Below are positions 40,769-51,729 of a stretch of 64,000 nt of DNA, piece after piece. The position numbers were made by a program, and so were the translations under genes. The stretch is from the NCBI GenBank assembly GCA_965214705.1, contig CBDCCI010000002.1, positions 2,144,001-2,208,000 on the forward strand, read 5' to 3'. The notes under the pieces were generated by a model. The model ran no database searches. It worked only from the letters and a program-made list of their open reading frames with translations, and was not told the origin of the DNA. The stretch is from Alphaproteobacteria bacterium. GTDB taxonomy: Bacteria; Pseudomonadota; Alphaproteobacteria; UBA828. The number at the start of each line of letters is the position of its first letter. Positions within the stretch are counted from its first letter, which is position 1.

Positions 40769-40876
40769 GTCTCACCACGGTCATGGTCTGCGCGGCGCTG
40801 TCCGGCCTGCAGGGAGGGACAGGCGGGCAGCGGGTCGAGCGCCAGGGAGGGGCGCAGACCATGACCGTGGTGAGAC
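40769..40876. repeat. 108-bp element bounded by a perfect 25-bp inverted repeat (MITE-like / hairpin)
   Basis: GTCTCACCACGGTCATGGTCTGCGC (40769-40793) and its exact reverse complement (40852-40876). Confidence 0.7.
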
Positions 40877-41498
40877 GTACGGGTCGAGGGCGTCACGCGG
40901 CCTATGCTCCCGCTGTCGAGAGAAGGAGCGCCGCGAGAATGAGGCACACGCCCGTGAGCCAAGCCGCGAATACGGAATACGTCCACATCATCGAGGCGGC
41001 TCCTCACGGCAGAAGCAGATAATTGCCGTTGCAATCAGCCATTTGCTCCGCCTAAACGAGACGGGTACTCCGAACTCACTCATGGGCTTCTCACCTCACA
41101 ACCGGTGCCGTTCTCGAGAATCGAGACCGCGCGTCAGCATCGCAGTGTCAAAGTCGACGGAGACTGGGATCACTGGATAGAGAGAAAGTAGATATAAATT
41201 GGCAAGAAATGTACACAGAATCAATATACTTTGTTGATCTTGAGCTATATCCGTATTGACATATCTAACAACCTAATACTTTGTAATAACAAGATAAAAC
41301 ATATTAGTATATAAATTACATCTTAGAAACTGGCCCGACCAATGCGAAATTGATATGGAGTGGAAAGACCAATGCTCTCTTTCAAACAAGAGAGCATACC
41401 ATCATGGCATATCAACCATGTTATCGCGGTAGGGAACCGGGTTGCCCCGGTCCCCCCGCACAGATCCGGACGGGCGCTGTTCGCATCCGGCTCCTCCC

Positions 41499-44400
41499 TC
41501 AGGTCCTGACGACAAGCCGCTGGTTCGGCCACGGATGACGGATGCTGGCCTTGGGCCAGTGGGCAGCAGTGAGGGGATTGATATCCTCCCACGCGGTGCG
41601 GTCCCGTTGGGACCTTCGCCGCAGGGCACGCATGAGCAGCCGTTTGCATTGGTGCACGAACCGCACCAGATAGCGGCCGCTCCCGGGTACGCCGTAGTAG
41701 TTGAGCCAGCCGTCGATGACCCTTCCCAGCCACTTCGCTGTCTCGTGCCGGTTGTCGTGCCAGCGCTTGCGCAGCCTTTCCGCGATCCCCCGCAGAGTGC
41801 GGTTGACCCGTTTCCGGGATGGCCTGCGGCCGACCCTGAACCGTCCCTTCCTCGACTGGTCGCAGAAGTGCGTCATGCCAAGGAAGTCGAACGTCTCCGG
41901 CTTGCCCTGCCCCCGTGTCCGGCGGTTCGCTTTCGCGTAGCGGCCGAATTCGATGAGCCGGGTCTTGCCCGGATGCAGTTCCAGTCCGTACTGGGCCAGC
42001 CTCTCGCCGAGGTCCCGGAGGAAACGCTTCGCGTCGCCCTCGTGCTGGAAGCCGCACACAAAATCATCGGCGTATCGCACGATGATTGTGTCGCCTCCTG
42101 CCGTCCGTTTGCGCCATGTGTTGTGGAACCAGTCGTCGAGCACGTAATGCAGGTAAACGTTGGCGAGGCAGGGTGAGATTATCCCACCCTGCGGAACGCC
42201 CCTGCCGGTGTCCGTCCAGTCGGTCCCTTCCATGACGCCGGCGTTCAGCCACTTGACGATCAGCCGCATGACCCGCGTGTCTCCGATGCGCCTTTCGAGC
42301 ATCCCGACCAGGTGGTCCCGCCCGAGATTGTCGAAGAACCCGCGGATGTCGGCGTCAACGACCCAGTTGACCTTCCGCCGTTCCATTCCAACCGCCACGG
42401 CGTCGAGCGCGTTATGCGTCCCCCGCCCCGGCCGGAAGCCGTAGCTGAAGCCGAGGAACTCCGTCTCGTAGATCGGCACCAGAATCGTATCCGTCACCGC
42501 CCGCTGGAGTATCTTGTCCTCCAGCGAGGCGATGCCGAGCGGTCGTTGTCCCCCGTCCTCTTTGGGTATGTAGACCCGCCGCGACGGCGGCGCCCGATAC
42601 GCCCCCCTGTGCACACGCCCGTGCAGGTCGACCAAGCGATCTTCCAGCCCGTCGGCGTATGCCTCCCACGTGACGCCGTCCACCCCCGCTGCCGCGTCCT
42701 TTCTCAGCGAATGGTACGCGTCGCGCAGGCAGTCAACCGTCACATGGTGGAGGAGCGCCACGAGACACTCATCCGGGTTCCTCTTTGCAGCCTGTCGTAT
42801 CCGGTCGGCCGCCTGTGACTCGCTTCCCCGCTTCTGCGCGCGGCGCGAGCTTTGGCCTTTCGGATTGCCCTTGGGTCCGCCCCTTCGCTCCCCCGGCTCC
42901 GCCGGCCCCGAGGGGCCGTTGTTCGCCGGCTTCATTGCTGTCGGGTCGGAGGAGGCGCCCCGCGAGGCTAGCCTCCGTCCGCCGCTCAAACGGCCCGTAC
43001 GGTTTTCCCGTAAGCCGCTTTCACAAAGGTGTCTCAACGAAGGTTCAAGGACGGAACCAGTGAGATCAGGCGAACAAGCCCGTATTCGTCGATCAGCTTG
43101 CGCTCCGGCAACTGTTTCCAGCCAGCGTTGCGCCAGCGCTTGCGACGATGCGACCAGAGCCGCCGCACGATCCAGCCGTCAAGCTGGTGGAAGAGCCCGC
43201 GGACGTGGGCCTTGCAATAGTATTGGCCCCATCCCCGAATGATCGGGTTGATCTCGTCAATCAGCTCCTGCGTGCTGACAGGAGCCTTGCGCCGGGTACG
43301 CTGGCGAATCTGGTCCTTGAAGTGCCGGATGGATTTCTCACGCGGAACCGCGTAGCGCGCTCCCCCGCGAACCCCGCTCTTGATCTTGGAGGACGACAGC
43401 CGGAGAGGCCGCTCGCCCTGCTTGATCTTGTAGCCGAGGAACTCAAACCCGTGCCTGACATGGACAATGCGGGTCTTCCCGGCGTTGAGGGACACACCCA
43501 GCTTTGCCAGAATCCGCCTGGCCGTCTCCAGTGCTGCGCGGGCTTCCCCGCGTGTGCGGCACGTGATCAGCCAATCATCGGCGTATCGCGTTAGTCGATA
43601 GCCGCGACGACGCATTTCCCAATCGAACGGGGTCAGCAAGATATTGCTGAGCAGCGGTGAAACGATGCCGCCCTGCGGAGTGCCCTGTTCGGTCGGCAGC
43701 CTCTTACCGTCGGCCACCACCCCGGCCGTGAGCATCTGCCTGAGCAGACCTAATACCCGGCCATCCGAGACTCGCTGGTTGACGAGTTCGAGGAGCTTTT
43801 CGTGGTCCACGGACCCGAAAAAGTCTTTCAAATCCGCATCGAGAACCCACTCGTTGCCCTCGTCCAGTTCCCTCCATATCTTGCGTAACGCTCCATGGGC
43901 AGACCTTCCTTGCCGGTACCCGTAGTTGGCATCGTCGAACACCGGCTCGAAGATCGGTTCCAGCCGGTTCAGCAGCGCCTGCTGGCACACCCGGTCGTAG
44001 ATTGTCGGGATGCCGAGCGGGCGGAACTTCCCCGGCTGGCCCGCCTTGGGGATCAGGCATTGGAGAACCGGCTGCGGGTGATACTCACCGTCCCGCAACT
44101 CCCGGTGCAGGCGATCGAGATTTGCATCCAGCGATGCCTCGAACGCCGCTAAATCCTCTCCGTCCACGCCACCGGCACCCCGGTTGCGCTTCACCTTTTC
44201 CCAGGCCACCTCAAGGTTCTTCCGCTTGTACACCTTGTCCACCAGTGAGTGGACCTTCCTGTCACCCGCCGGGTTGATCCAGTCGATGAGTCTCCTCGGG
44301 CCATGATGTCCGGGTCTTTCGCTCAAGGAACTTGTCCGCGTCATGGTCCTTACTCACTCATCGCTGTCTCTCGCCGACCACCTCTGCCAACCGACTTCCC

Positions 44401-45001
44401 CGGCCCACACGGCCGCCGCTCGCGCGGTCACCCGGCTTTCGCCGGGCTTCAGGTACTATTCGGTTGTCCGATTGCTCGCCGCGCATCCTTTCCCATTTCG
44501 CCTTTCGGCTTATAGGGTCCGTTATCCCGGTGCCACCCGGGAACGCGGCGAGCCCTCCTGGGGTCACGTCCAGATCTTCCGTACCGTGCCGCTCGCAAAC
44601 ACCTTGGTGCGACGGGTGGGTAAGAACGCCTTCGCCGCCATAGTGCCGGCTCGACCTTGCCCCGTCTTTGGCCGACCGATTCATCATGGGGTGGCCCCCT
44701 CGATTACGGCCCGGTACTTCTCCGCAAGCCCTTCAGATTCCACCTCGCGGTGGACACCCTGCCTTCCGGTTGTCTTTCGACAGTGGACCAACTTAGCTCC
44801 TCCCTTGGCTGTCTCCGCCGTTTCCGGCTTCGTGCCCGTTTAGAGTTTCGCTTATCGGCTCACTCCGGCCAGTGAGGAATTACCCCCACTTTTGGATATG
44901 GCGCCCCTTACCCGAGCGCCAGTGGGACTTGAACCCACCTGATCTGGGCGCTGCCCAGCACACACTATGGGCGAATCTGATTTCTTCGAACCGTACATCA
45001 T
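41499..45001 (-). CDS. ltrA: Group II intron RT/maturase of intron A; join 45001-44964 + 42939-41499, 492 aa after intron B splices; no endonuclease domain
   Basis: AAGVDG, RPLGI, FSYGFRPGR, DADIRGFFD, GVPQGG.ISP, RYADD, FDFLG; joined length 1479 nt equals the joined right copy. Confidence 0.9.
42940..44963 (-). mobile_element. Group II intron B (2024 nt) nested in intron A (twintron)
   Basis: 5' GTGTG at 44963; DV AAGCGGCTTACGGGAAAACCGTACGGGCCGTTT and 3' end CCGACCCGAC at 42940; removal restores CCCATAGT|AGCAATG as in the right copy. Confidence 0.92.
43034..44344 (-). CDS. ltrA: Group II intron RT/maturase of intron B (intact, class F-like, no endonuclease domain)
   Basis: KVHSLVDKVY, GAGGVDG, RPLGIPT..DR, YGYRQGR, DADLKDFF, GTPQGG.VSP, RYADD, FEFLG, NPIIRGW. 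Confidence 0.93.
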   Translation of the reverse strand: MTRTSSLSERPGHHGPRRLIDWINPAGDRKVHSLVDKVYKRKNLEVAWEKVKRNRGAGGVDGEDLAAFEASLDANLDRLHRELRDGEYHPQPVLQCLIPKAGQPGKFRPLGIPTIYDRVCQQALLNRLEPIFEPVFDDANYGYRQGRSAHGALRKIWRELDEGNEWVLDADLKDFFGSVDHEKLLELVNQRVSDGRVLGLLRQMLTAGVVADGKRLPTEQGTPQGGIVSPLLSNILLTPFDWEMRRRGYRLTRYADDWLITCRTRGEARAALETARRILAKLGVSLNAGKTRIVHVRHGFEFLGYKIKQGERPLRLSSSKIKSGVRGGARYAVPREKSIRHFKDQIRQRTRRKAPVSTQELIDEINPIIRGWGQYYCKAHVRGLFHQLDGWIVRRLWSHRRKRWRNAGWKQLPERKLIDEYGLVRLISLVPSLNLR

Positions 45002-45359
45002 TGGGTTGCGGTATAGCTCCTTTCCTTAGCGGCCCCGCACGACCGCGGGGCAGTTCGAAGACCTCCCAGGTCCCGGTGGACTGCTTCGGCACGTGCCATG
45101 GTTCTTAGACCCCGCAGAGCCCCTGCTCGCCTCACCAAAACGGCTCACAGGGTGTTGCCTTCGGCTAATCTGACAGCCTCGGCACCCCGGTTGAATCAGG
45201 TTTCGTGGCTCAATAGCCCGGCCCGTGCCTGCCGCTTCCCAACGCTTCGCCTGCCGCCTCGCGACGACCGGCGCATGGGTCGCGGAGAAAGTGGTCGGTT
45301 CACCTCTCTTTCTGCCGGGACTTCCACCCGGCGACATTCCACCAGTTTGCCTGGCGCAC

Positions 45360-47749
45360 CAGACTTCCTGACCTCTGCTGATTTGGGGTGATGCGGTTTG
45401 CGTGGATTCCGGGGCTGCGGCGACCTCGTAGACCATGCGCAGTTCGGTCCCGGGGAAGACGGTTTCGGTGGCGTTGAGCTCGCTCAGGAGGGCATCGATC
45501 TGGCGGTCGCAGGCGTCATTTGCGAGGCCGAGAATATGGACCCGGAGAACGCCGTTGGCGGGGTCCGGCAGGATGTCGGCATCGGCGGCCAAGAGAGCCT
45601 GAAGCAGTTTCCGGGGATGAGGCTTCTTGCCTTGTCCCTGCATGACGGGGAGCATCATGCGGGTTTCGGCGCGGTAGGCGATCATGCGGATGACGTCGAG
45701 GAGGAGACGGTCGCGTGAGGGCAGGGCATCGAGCTGTCGGTCTTCGTCGAGGTCGCCGGCCCGACAGTGCTTCGGCACGTTCCTGCGGCTGGCCTTGGCG
45801 ATCTCGAGGGCGCCCTCGAGGTCCCTGACCTCGCTCCTGAGCTGCGCCGTCGGCCTCTTTTTCCTGGCCGCGCCGGCGATCCGGTTGCGCAGGCGGGCGA
45901 GCCGGCGTTCGGCGCTGCGGATTGCCTTGTCGTAGGCCCGCCGGAGCGGGTTGACGACCATGGTGTCGGGAGCGAGCGGCTCGAGTTGGTGGGTCGGCAG
46001 GGCGTCGAGGTTGAACTCGTCGCGCATGTACTTGAAGAAGTTTTCCTGCGACCAGCGCGAGACCATGGCGCCTGCGGCCTCGCCCATCGGTTTGTGCGGA
46101 TCGGTGACGATGAAGGGGATCTGGCGGCCGTTGTCCAGCAGGCGGCGGATCTGGCGCACCCTGAAGCCGTTCGGCAACGTCACCGGCTTTTCGGCCAGCC
46201 GCAAGGCGGCGGTGCCGCTCGTCGCCGGTCCGTGAATAGGAACGGTCGTCGCGCTGAAGTCCTCGACCGGCCAATCCTCGCCGCTGAAGTTCTTGTGCCA
46301 GGTCAGGCAAGCGATGCCGCGCCTCGCCAGCCGGCGGAACAGCTCCGGGCTCCAGCCCTCGCGGTCGAAGACCAGGGTGAGCGCGGGGTGGCCGGGCGCC
46401 TGTGCGGTCAGGTCCGGCGCCTGAGCATCGACGATCCCGAGCTCCTGCAGCGCCGCCACCACGTCGGCTTCGATGGCGGCGACCATCTTCGGATCCAGCG
46501 TCTTGTGCAGACAGAGCAGGGGTTTGCCGCCCAGGGCATTGATCCAGTAGCTGGCGCTGGCCGGCAGGCACAGCTTCTGGCGCGAGACGAAGTGTTTCGG
46601 CAGGCGTCCCTTGCGGCCGGCGTAGACCTTGACGTGCCCGTCGACGGCCAGCGTCGCCCAGAGCTCCGGCTCGTCGGCCTGCCAGCGCCTGGCAAGGGCG
46701 AGCTGCCAGGCCCGCACGCCGGCCTCGTCGTTGGCGATCAGCGCGATCTTGCGCCGCAGCGTCTTGACCTCGGGGCAGCGGTCGAGGCCGAGAATGGCGC
46801 CCCATTCGCCCGGCGGCCGGTAGCGCAGGCTCTCGGGATTGCGCACCCGCGCCAAGCTCATGAAGGCCAGGAAGAGCAGGATCGTGTTCAGGCCGTAATA
46901 GCCCTTCGGCAGCGGTGGCAGGACCTCGGTCGCGGCCAGCAGGCCTTCCTTGAGCAGAGCCGGCAGGGCGGTGAGAACGCCACCTGAGCGCACCCCGCGG
47001 GCGGCGCTGCCGAACTGCGGATCGACCGGCCCCGCCTGCCCGCAGCTGGCCAGCACCCGGCCCGAAACATCGCAGGTCGCGCGCCCCATCGGCGCCTGCC
47101 GGTCGCGCCGGTCGCGTGCGGTGCGATCGGTCTGCGGCCCGGCGTCGATGGGGCCTGGTGAGCGGCTCTGCGCCGGTTCCGTCAGGGGCGGCGCTTCCGG
47201 TCGTACCGTCTCGGACCCGGGGGCGCCGGCACCGTCATCGTCGACGCGCCGCTCAACCGCATCGGGCGGTGGACCCTGCGCCGAACCCCCGGGCTCCTGC
47301 GCCGCCTTGCCGATCAGCCCCTGCCGGCGCCACTTGTTGACCGACGCCACCGACACGCCCAGAACCCGGGCCACCGCAGAGCCGCTCAGGCCCGCTTCCA
47401 GCAACGCTGTCGCCTTCTCGGCCAGTTCCGGTGTGAACACCGACGGCCCGCGACCGCGCCGGGGTTTCAGAAACGCCGCTTCACCCTCGGCCAGGTAGCG
47501 CCGCCGCGCGCGCAGCACGGTCGCGCGCGAGACACCGAACGCGTCGACCAGATCCCGTTGCGCGATGTCGCTGACCACCGCGAGCCGGCCAATCCGCATG
47601 AGCATGGCGGCACGGTCATCGGCGGGGTGGCTGTCGAACGGAACGAGATTGGAGAAGTAGGTGAAGGTGTCGTCGGAGATCAGGACGGCGAAGCAGCTGT
47701 TGCCGATCGGAACCGCTTCTGGGGGGCAAATCGGGAGGGTGATGGGCAT
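45360..47749 (-). CDS. Putative DDE transposase, 796 aa; stop codon TG|A completed by base 41422 after splicing
   Basis: N-terminal HTH motifs, VDGHVKVY, VFDREG, RWSQENFFKY acidic motifs; frame reaches GGT CAG GAA GTC TG at the TIR. Confidence 0.8.
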
Positions 47750-47903
47750 GGCTCAGGCCGCCGAATCTGCGTCACCATAAAATAGCAGATTCCGCCGTGC
47801 CGATCAACGAAAACCTGGCCTGAAACGGGAAGAAAGCGGGGAATTTCAACGAGTTCCCGACGCACCGATCCGCATCGCCAAGGCCATGAGGTCAGGAAGT
47901 CTG
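45360..47903 (-). mobile_element. Insertion sequence of unassigned family (2544 bp), 16-bp perfect TIR CAGACTTCCTGACCTC
   Basis: TIRs at 45360-45375 and 47888-47903; direct repeat ATGTT at 41418-41422 and 52483-52487 lies outside the introns. Confidence 0.88.
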
Positions 47904-49602
47904 GTGCGCCAGGCAAACTGGTGGAATGTCGCCGGGTGGAAGTCCCGGCAGAAAGAGAGGTGAACCGACCACTTTCTCCGCGACCCATGCGCCGGTCGTC
48001 GCGAGGCGGCAGGCGAAGCGTTGGGAAGCGGCAGGCACGGGCCGGGCTATTGAGCCACGAAACCTGATTCAACCGGGGTGCCGAGGCTGTCAGATTAGCC
48101 GAAGGCAACACCCTGTGAGCCGTTTTGGTGAGGCGAGCAGGGGCTCTGCGGGGTCTAAGAACCATGGCACGTGCCGAAGCAGTCCACCGGGACCTGGGAG
48201 GTCTTCGAACTGCCCCGCGGTCGTGCGGGGCCGCTAAGGAAAGGAGCTATACCGCAACCCAATGATGTACGGTTCGAAGAAATCAGATTCGCCCATAGTA
48301 GCAATGAAGCCGGCGAACAACGGCCCCTCGGGGCCGGCGGAGCCGGGGGAGCGAAGGGGCGGACCCAAGGGCAATCCGAAAGGCCAAAGCTCGCGCCGCG
48401 CGCAGAAGCGGGGAAGCGAGTCACAGGCGGCCGACCGGATACGACAGGCTGCAAAGAGGAACCCGGATGAGTGTCTCGTGGCGCTCCTCCACCATGTGAC
48501 GGTTGACTGCCTGCGCGACGCGTACCATTCGCTGAGAAAGGACGCGGCAGCGGGGGTGGACGGCGTCACGTGGGAGGCATACGCCGACGGGCTGGAAGAT
48601 CGCTTGGTCGACCTGCACGGGCGTGTGCACAGGGGGGCGTATCGGGCGCCGCCGTCGCGGCGGGTCTACATACCCAAAGAGGACGGGGGACAACGACCGC
48701 TCGGCATCGCCTCGCTGGAGGACAAGATACTCCAGCGGGCGGTGACGGATACGATTCTGGTGCCGATCTACGAGACGGAGTTCCTCGGCTTCAGCTACGG
48801 CTTCCGGCCGGGGCGGGGGACGCATAACGCGCTCGACGCCGTGGCGGTTGGAATGGAACGGCGGAAGGTCAACTGGGTCGTTGACGCCGACATCCGCGGG
48901 TTCTTCGACAATCTCGGGCGGGACCACCTGGTCGGGATGCTCGAAAGGCGCATCGGAGACACGCGGGTCATGCGGCTGATCGTCAAGTGGCTGAACGCCG
49001 GCGTCATGGAAGGGACCGACTGGACGGACACCGGCAGGGGCGTTCCGCAGGGTGGGATAATCTCACCCTGCCTCGCCAACGTTTACCTGCATTACGTGCT
49101 CGACGACTGGTTCCACAACACATGGCGCAAACGGACGGCAGGAGGCGACACAATCATCGTGCGATACGCCGATGATTTTGTGTGCGGCTTCCAGCACGAG
49201 GGCGACGCGAAGCGTTTCCTCCGGGACCTCGGCGAGAGGCTGGCCCAGTACGGACTGGAACTGCATCCGGGCAAGACCCGGCTCATCGAATTCGGCCGCT
49301 ACGCGAAAGCGAACCGCCGGACACGGGGGCAGGGCAAGCCGGAGACGTTCGACTTCCTTGGCATGACGCACTTGAACGAAGCCGCTACGCGGAGTTAGCG
49401 GCGTAGAGTTCATTCATTTCCGAGGCGTCGCGGGTGCCGTTTGTTCTGTGCGTTCGCTTCCCGGTTGCGTCAGTGGCGCTCCGCCCGTCGGGTGGCGGAT
49501 CCCCAGCAGCCTCCCGATCACCAGTGGTTAGCATCGACCCCTGCGACGGACCGTCGCCGGATCGGTCCGGCGGCGCGCCGTCGCGATCCAGGGAGATCGA
49601 TA

Positions 49603-50481
49603 ATGACCGGGACCGCGTGCGACACGAACACCGTCACCCCTCTTCGCCAGCGCATGGAGGAGCAGCTCCGCATCGCCAATCTGGCCGCGAGCACGTCCAA
49701 GGCCTACATCTGCGAGATCAAGAACCTGGCCAGGTACTACGACGCCTCGCCGGACGAGCTCGACGCCGAGCAGGTGCGCCAGTGGTACCTGGGGCGGATC
49801 GACAAGGGGCTCAGTCCGGGCACGACCAACGTCTCCTTCGCCGCGCTGAACTTCCTCTACATCGACACACTCGGCTGGCCTGACCATGTCGCCGGCCTGC
49901 GCTCCCGCAAGAAGCCCGGCAAGCTGCCGCGCTACATGTCGGAGCAGGAGGTCGAGCACCTCATCCTTGCGACACCCGACCTCCGCCACCGTGCTGCCAT
50001 TGTCACCGGCTATGGCGGCGGGCTCCGCATCTCCGAGACCTTGGCCATCAAGGTCGGCGACATCCTGTCGGAGAAGAAGCTGCTGCACATCCCCTCCGGC
50101 AAAGGCGGCACCGAGAGAATGGCACCGTTGCCGGACATCGTCATCCACTACTTGCGCGTCTACTACAGGAACATCTGGCCGCGTCCGACGAGCTGGCTCT
50201 TCTACGGCGTCTCGCTCGACAGGCCCATCGCAACGGAGACCTTGCAGGCCGCCTTCAGGAGGGCGCGCGACATTGCCGAGCTCGACCGCAGCTACACCTT
50301 CCATTGCCTGCGCCATTCGGCGGCGACCCATCTCCTCGAGCGCGGCGGCGATATCGAGGTGATCCGGGACATGCTCGGCCATCGAAGCGCGAACACGACC
50401 CGTCACTACGCCCGCGTCACCGGCAAGATGTTCGAGGGCCTCGACCACCCGATCTCAGGCTTCGCAGCGTTGCGCAACTGA
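49603..50481 (+). CDS. Tyrosine recombinase/integrase with N-terminal SAM-like domain
   Basis: TPLRQRM, YGGGLRISE, GKGG.ER, HCLRHSAATHLLE, MLGH, TT.HY catalytic residues. Confidence 0.93.
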   Translation: MTGTACDTNTVTPLRQRMEEQLRIANLAASTSKAYICEIKNLARYYDASPDELDAEQVRQWYLGRIDKGLSPGTTNVSFAALNFLYIDTLGWPDHVAGLRSRKKPGKLPRYMSEQEVEHLILATPDLRHRAAIVTGYGGGLRISETLAIKVGDILSEKKLLHIPSGKGGTERMAPLPDIVIHYLRVYYRNIWPRPTSWLFYGVSLDRPIATETLQAAFRRARDIAELDRSYTFHCLRHSAATHLLERGGDIEVIRDMLGHRSANTTRHYARVTGKMFEGLDHPISGFAALRN

Positions 50482-50487
50482 CGGCGC

Positions 50488-51729
50488 GTGGAGGCCGAAC
50501 GCGCGGGCGTGGCGGAGATCTTCCGCCGCGCCGGCGCCGCTTTCCGTGAGCGCCACAAAGGGCGCATCGACGCCGCCCGGCTCAAGGTCATGGGCGCCAT
50601 CGAGGCGTGCCGCACCGCCGTGCTCGGCGGCCACATGTACGCCTGCGAGGGCTGCGGGCGCGAGCATCCGCTCTTCAACTCCTGCCGCAACCGCCACTGC
50701 CCCACCTGCCAGGGTCTCGCCGCCAACCTCTGGAGCGAGGAGCGCGCCGGGGACATCCTGCCGGTGCCCTACTTCCATGTGGTCTTCACCCTGCCCAAGG
50801 AGGTTGCCGCCATTGCCTTCTGCAACCGCAGGGTGGTGTTCGACATCCTCTTCCGGGCCGTCGCCGAGACCCTGCGCACCATCGCCGCCGATCCCCGCCA
50901 CGGCGGCATGCGCATCGGCGGCACCGCGGTCCTCCATACCTGGGATCAGAAGCTCCGCTTCCACCCGCACCTGCACGTGGTCGTGCCCAACGCGGGCTTC
51001 GACGTAGACAGTGGCGAGTGGAAGACGGGGAGCACCACCTTCCTCGCCCCCGTCAAGGTCCTCGGCAGCCTGTTCCGCCGCCTCTTCCTCGAGGAGCTCG
51101 CCCGCGCCCACGGCCGGGGGGACCTGGAGTTCCACGGCACCGTCGCCCACCTCGCCAATCCCGGCGAGTTCCACGCCACGCTTGCCGCCGCCCGGGCCAG
51201 GGACTGGGTGGTCTACGCCAAGCGGCCCTTCCGCGGGCCTGAGCAGGTCTTCCGGTACCTCTCGCACTACACGCACAGGATCGCCATCTCCGACAGCCGC
51301 ATCGTCTCCTTCGACGGCGAGACGGTCTCCTTCCGCCACCGAAAGCCCAAGGCGCCGGGGCAGAGAAAGCCGCGCTACGGCATCGCCACCGTGAGCGCCG
51401 ACGAGTTCATCCGCCGCTTCCTGAGGCACGTCCTGCCGGACGGCATGCACCGCATTCGCTACTTCGGCATCCTCGCCAACGGCTGCCGCGCCAGCACGCT
51501 GGAGAGAGCACGCCAGGCTCTCGGCGCCCTCGGCTGCGCCGCCCCCGAGGGAAGCGTGGACGGCGCTCAGGCCGAGCCCGACGAAGAGCCCGAGATCGGC
51601 ACCGCGCCCGTGGCCTGCCCCCACTGCGGCGGCGTCATGCGCCTCGTCCGCGAAATCCGCCGCCGCCATGAGCCCCGCTCGACGCGCGGCCCGCCGGCGC
51701 TGCCGCCGACCCACAGGGGGAAACCGTGA
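50488..51729 (+). CDS. IS91 family (Y2 HUH) transposase
   Basis: Zn motif CRT..LGG, SCRNRHCPTCQ, HUH HPHLH, Y2 motif YLSHYTHRIAIS, RIRYFGILAN, C-terminal CPHCG. Confidence 0.93.
   Translation: MEAERAGVAEIFRRAGAAFRERHKGRIDAARLKVMGAIEACRTAVLGGHMYACEGCGREHPLFNSCRNRHCPTCQGLAANLWSEERAGDILPVPYFHVVFTLPKEVAAIAFCNRRVVFDILFRAVAETLRTIAADPRHGGMRIGGTAVLHTWDQKLRFHPHLHVVVPNAGFDVDSGEWKTGSTTFLAPVKVLGSLFRRLFLEELARAHGRGDLEFHGTVAHLANPGEFHATLAAARARDWVVYAKRPFRGPEQVFRYLSHYTHRIAISDSRIVSFDGETVSFRHRKPKAPGQRKPRYGIATVSADEFIRRFLRHVLPDGMHRIRYFGILANGCRASTLERARQALGALGCAAPEGSVDGAQAEPDEEPEIGTAPVACPHCGGVMRLVREIRRRHEPRSTRGPPALPPTHRGKP

Larger units (their letters stand above)
41423..45359 (-). mobile_element. Group IIB intron A, left copy (1913 nt once nested intron B is removed), inserted at the IS terminal repeat
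   Basis: 5' GTGCG at 45359; DV GAGCCGGATGCG..CGCCCGTCCGGATCT and DVI ending CCCTACCGCGAT at 41423; appears identical to the right copy by eye. Confidence 0.92.

Noticed and set aside
41499-43037. 512-aa RT ORF as a single gene
   Set aside because: Its first ~32 codons are DV/DVI of intron B; the true N-terminus is at 45001-44964
45026-47749. 907-aa transposase
   Set aside because: The last ~111 aa are read-through into intron A; the native stop is TG|A
49603-50481. Integron integrase
   Set aside because: No IntI-specific insertion or attC cassettes evident; it lies inside the IS91-like element
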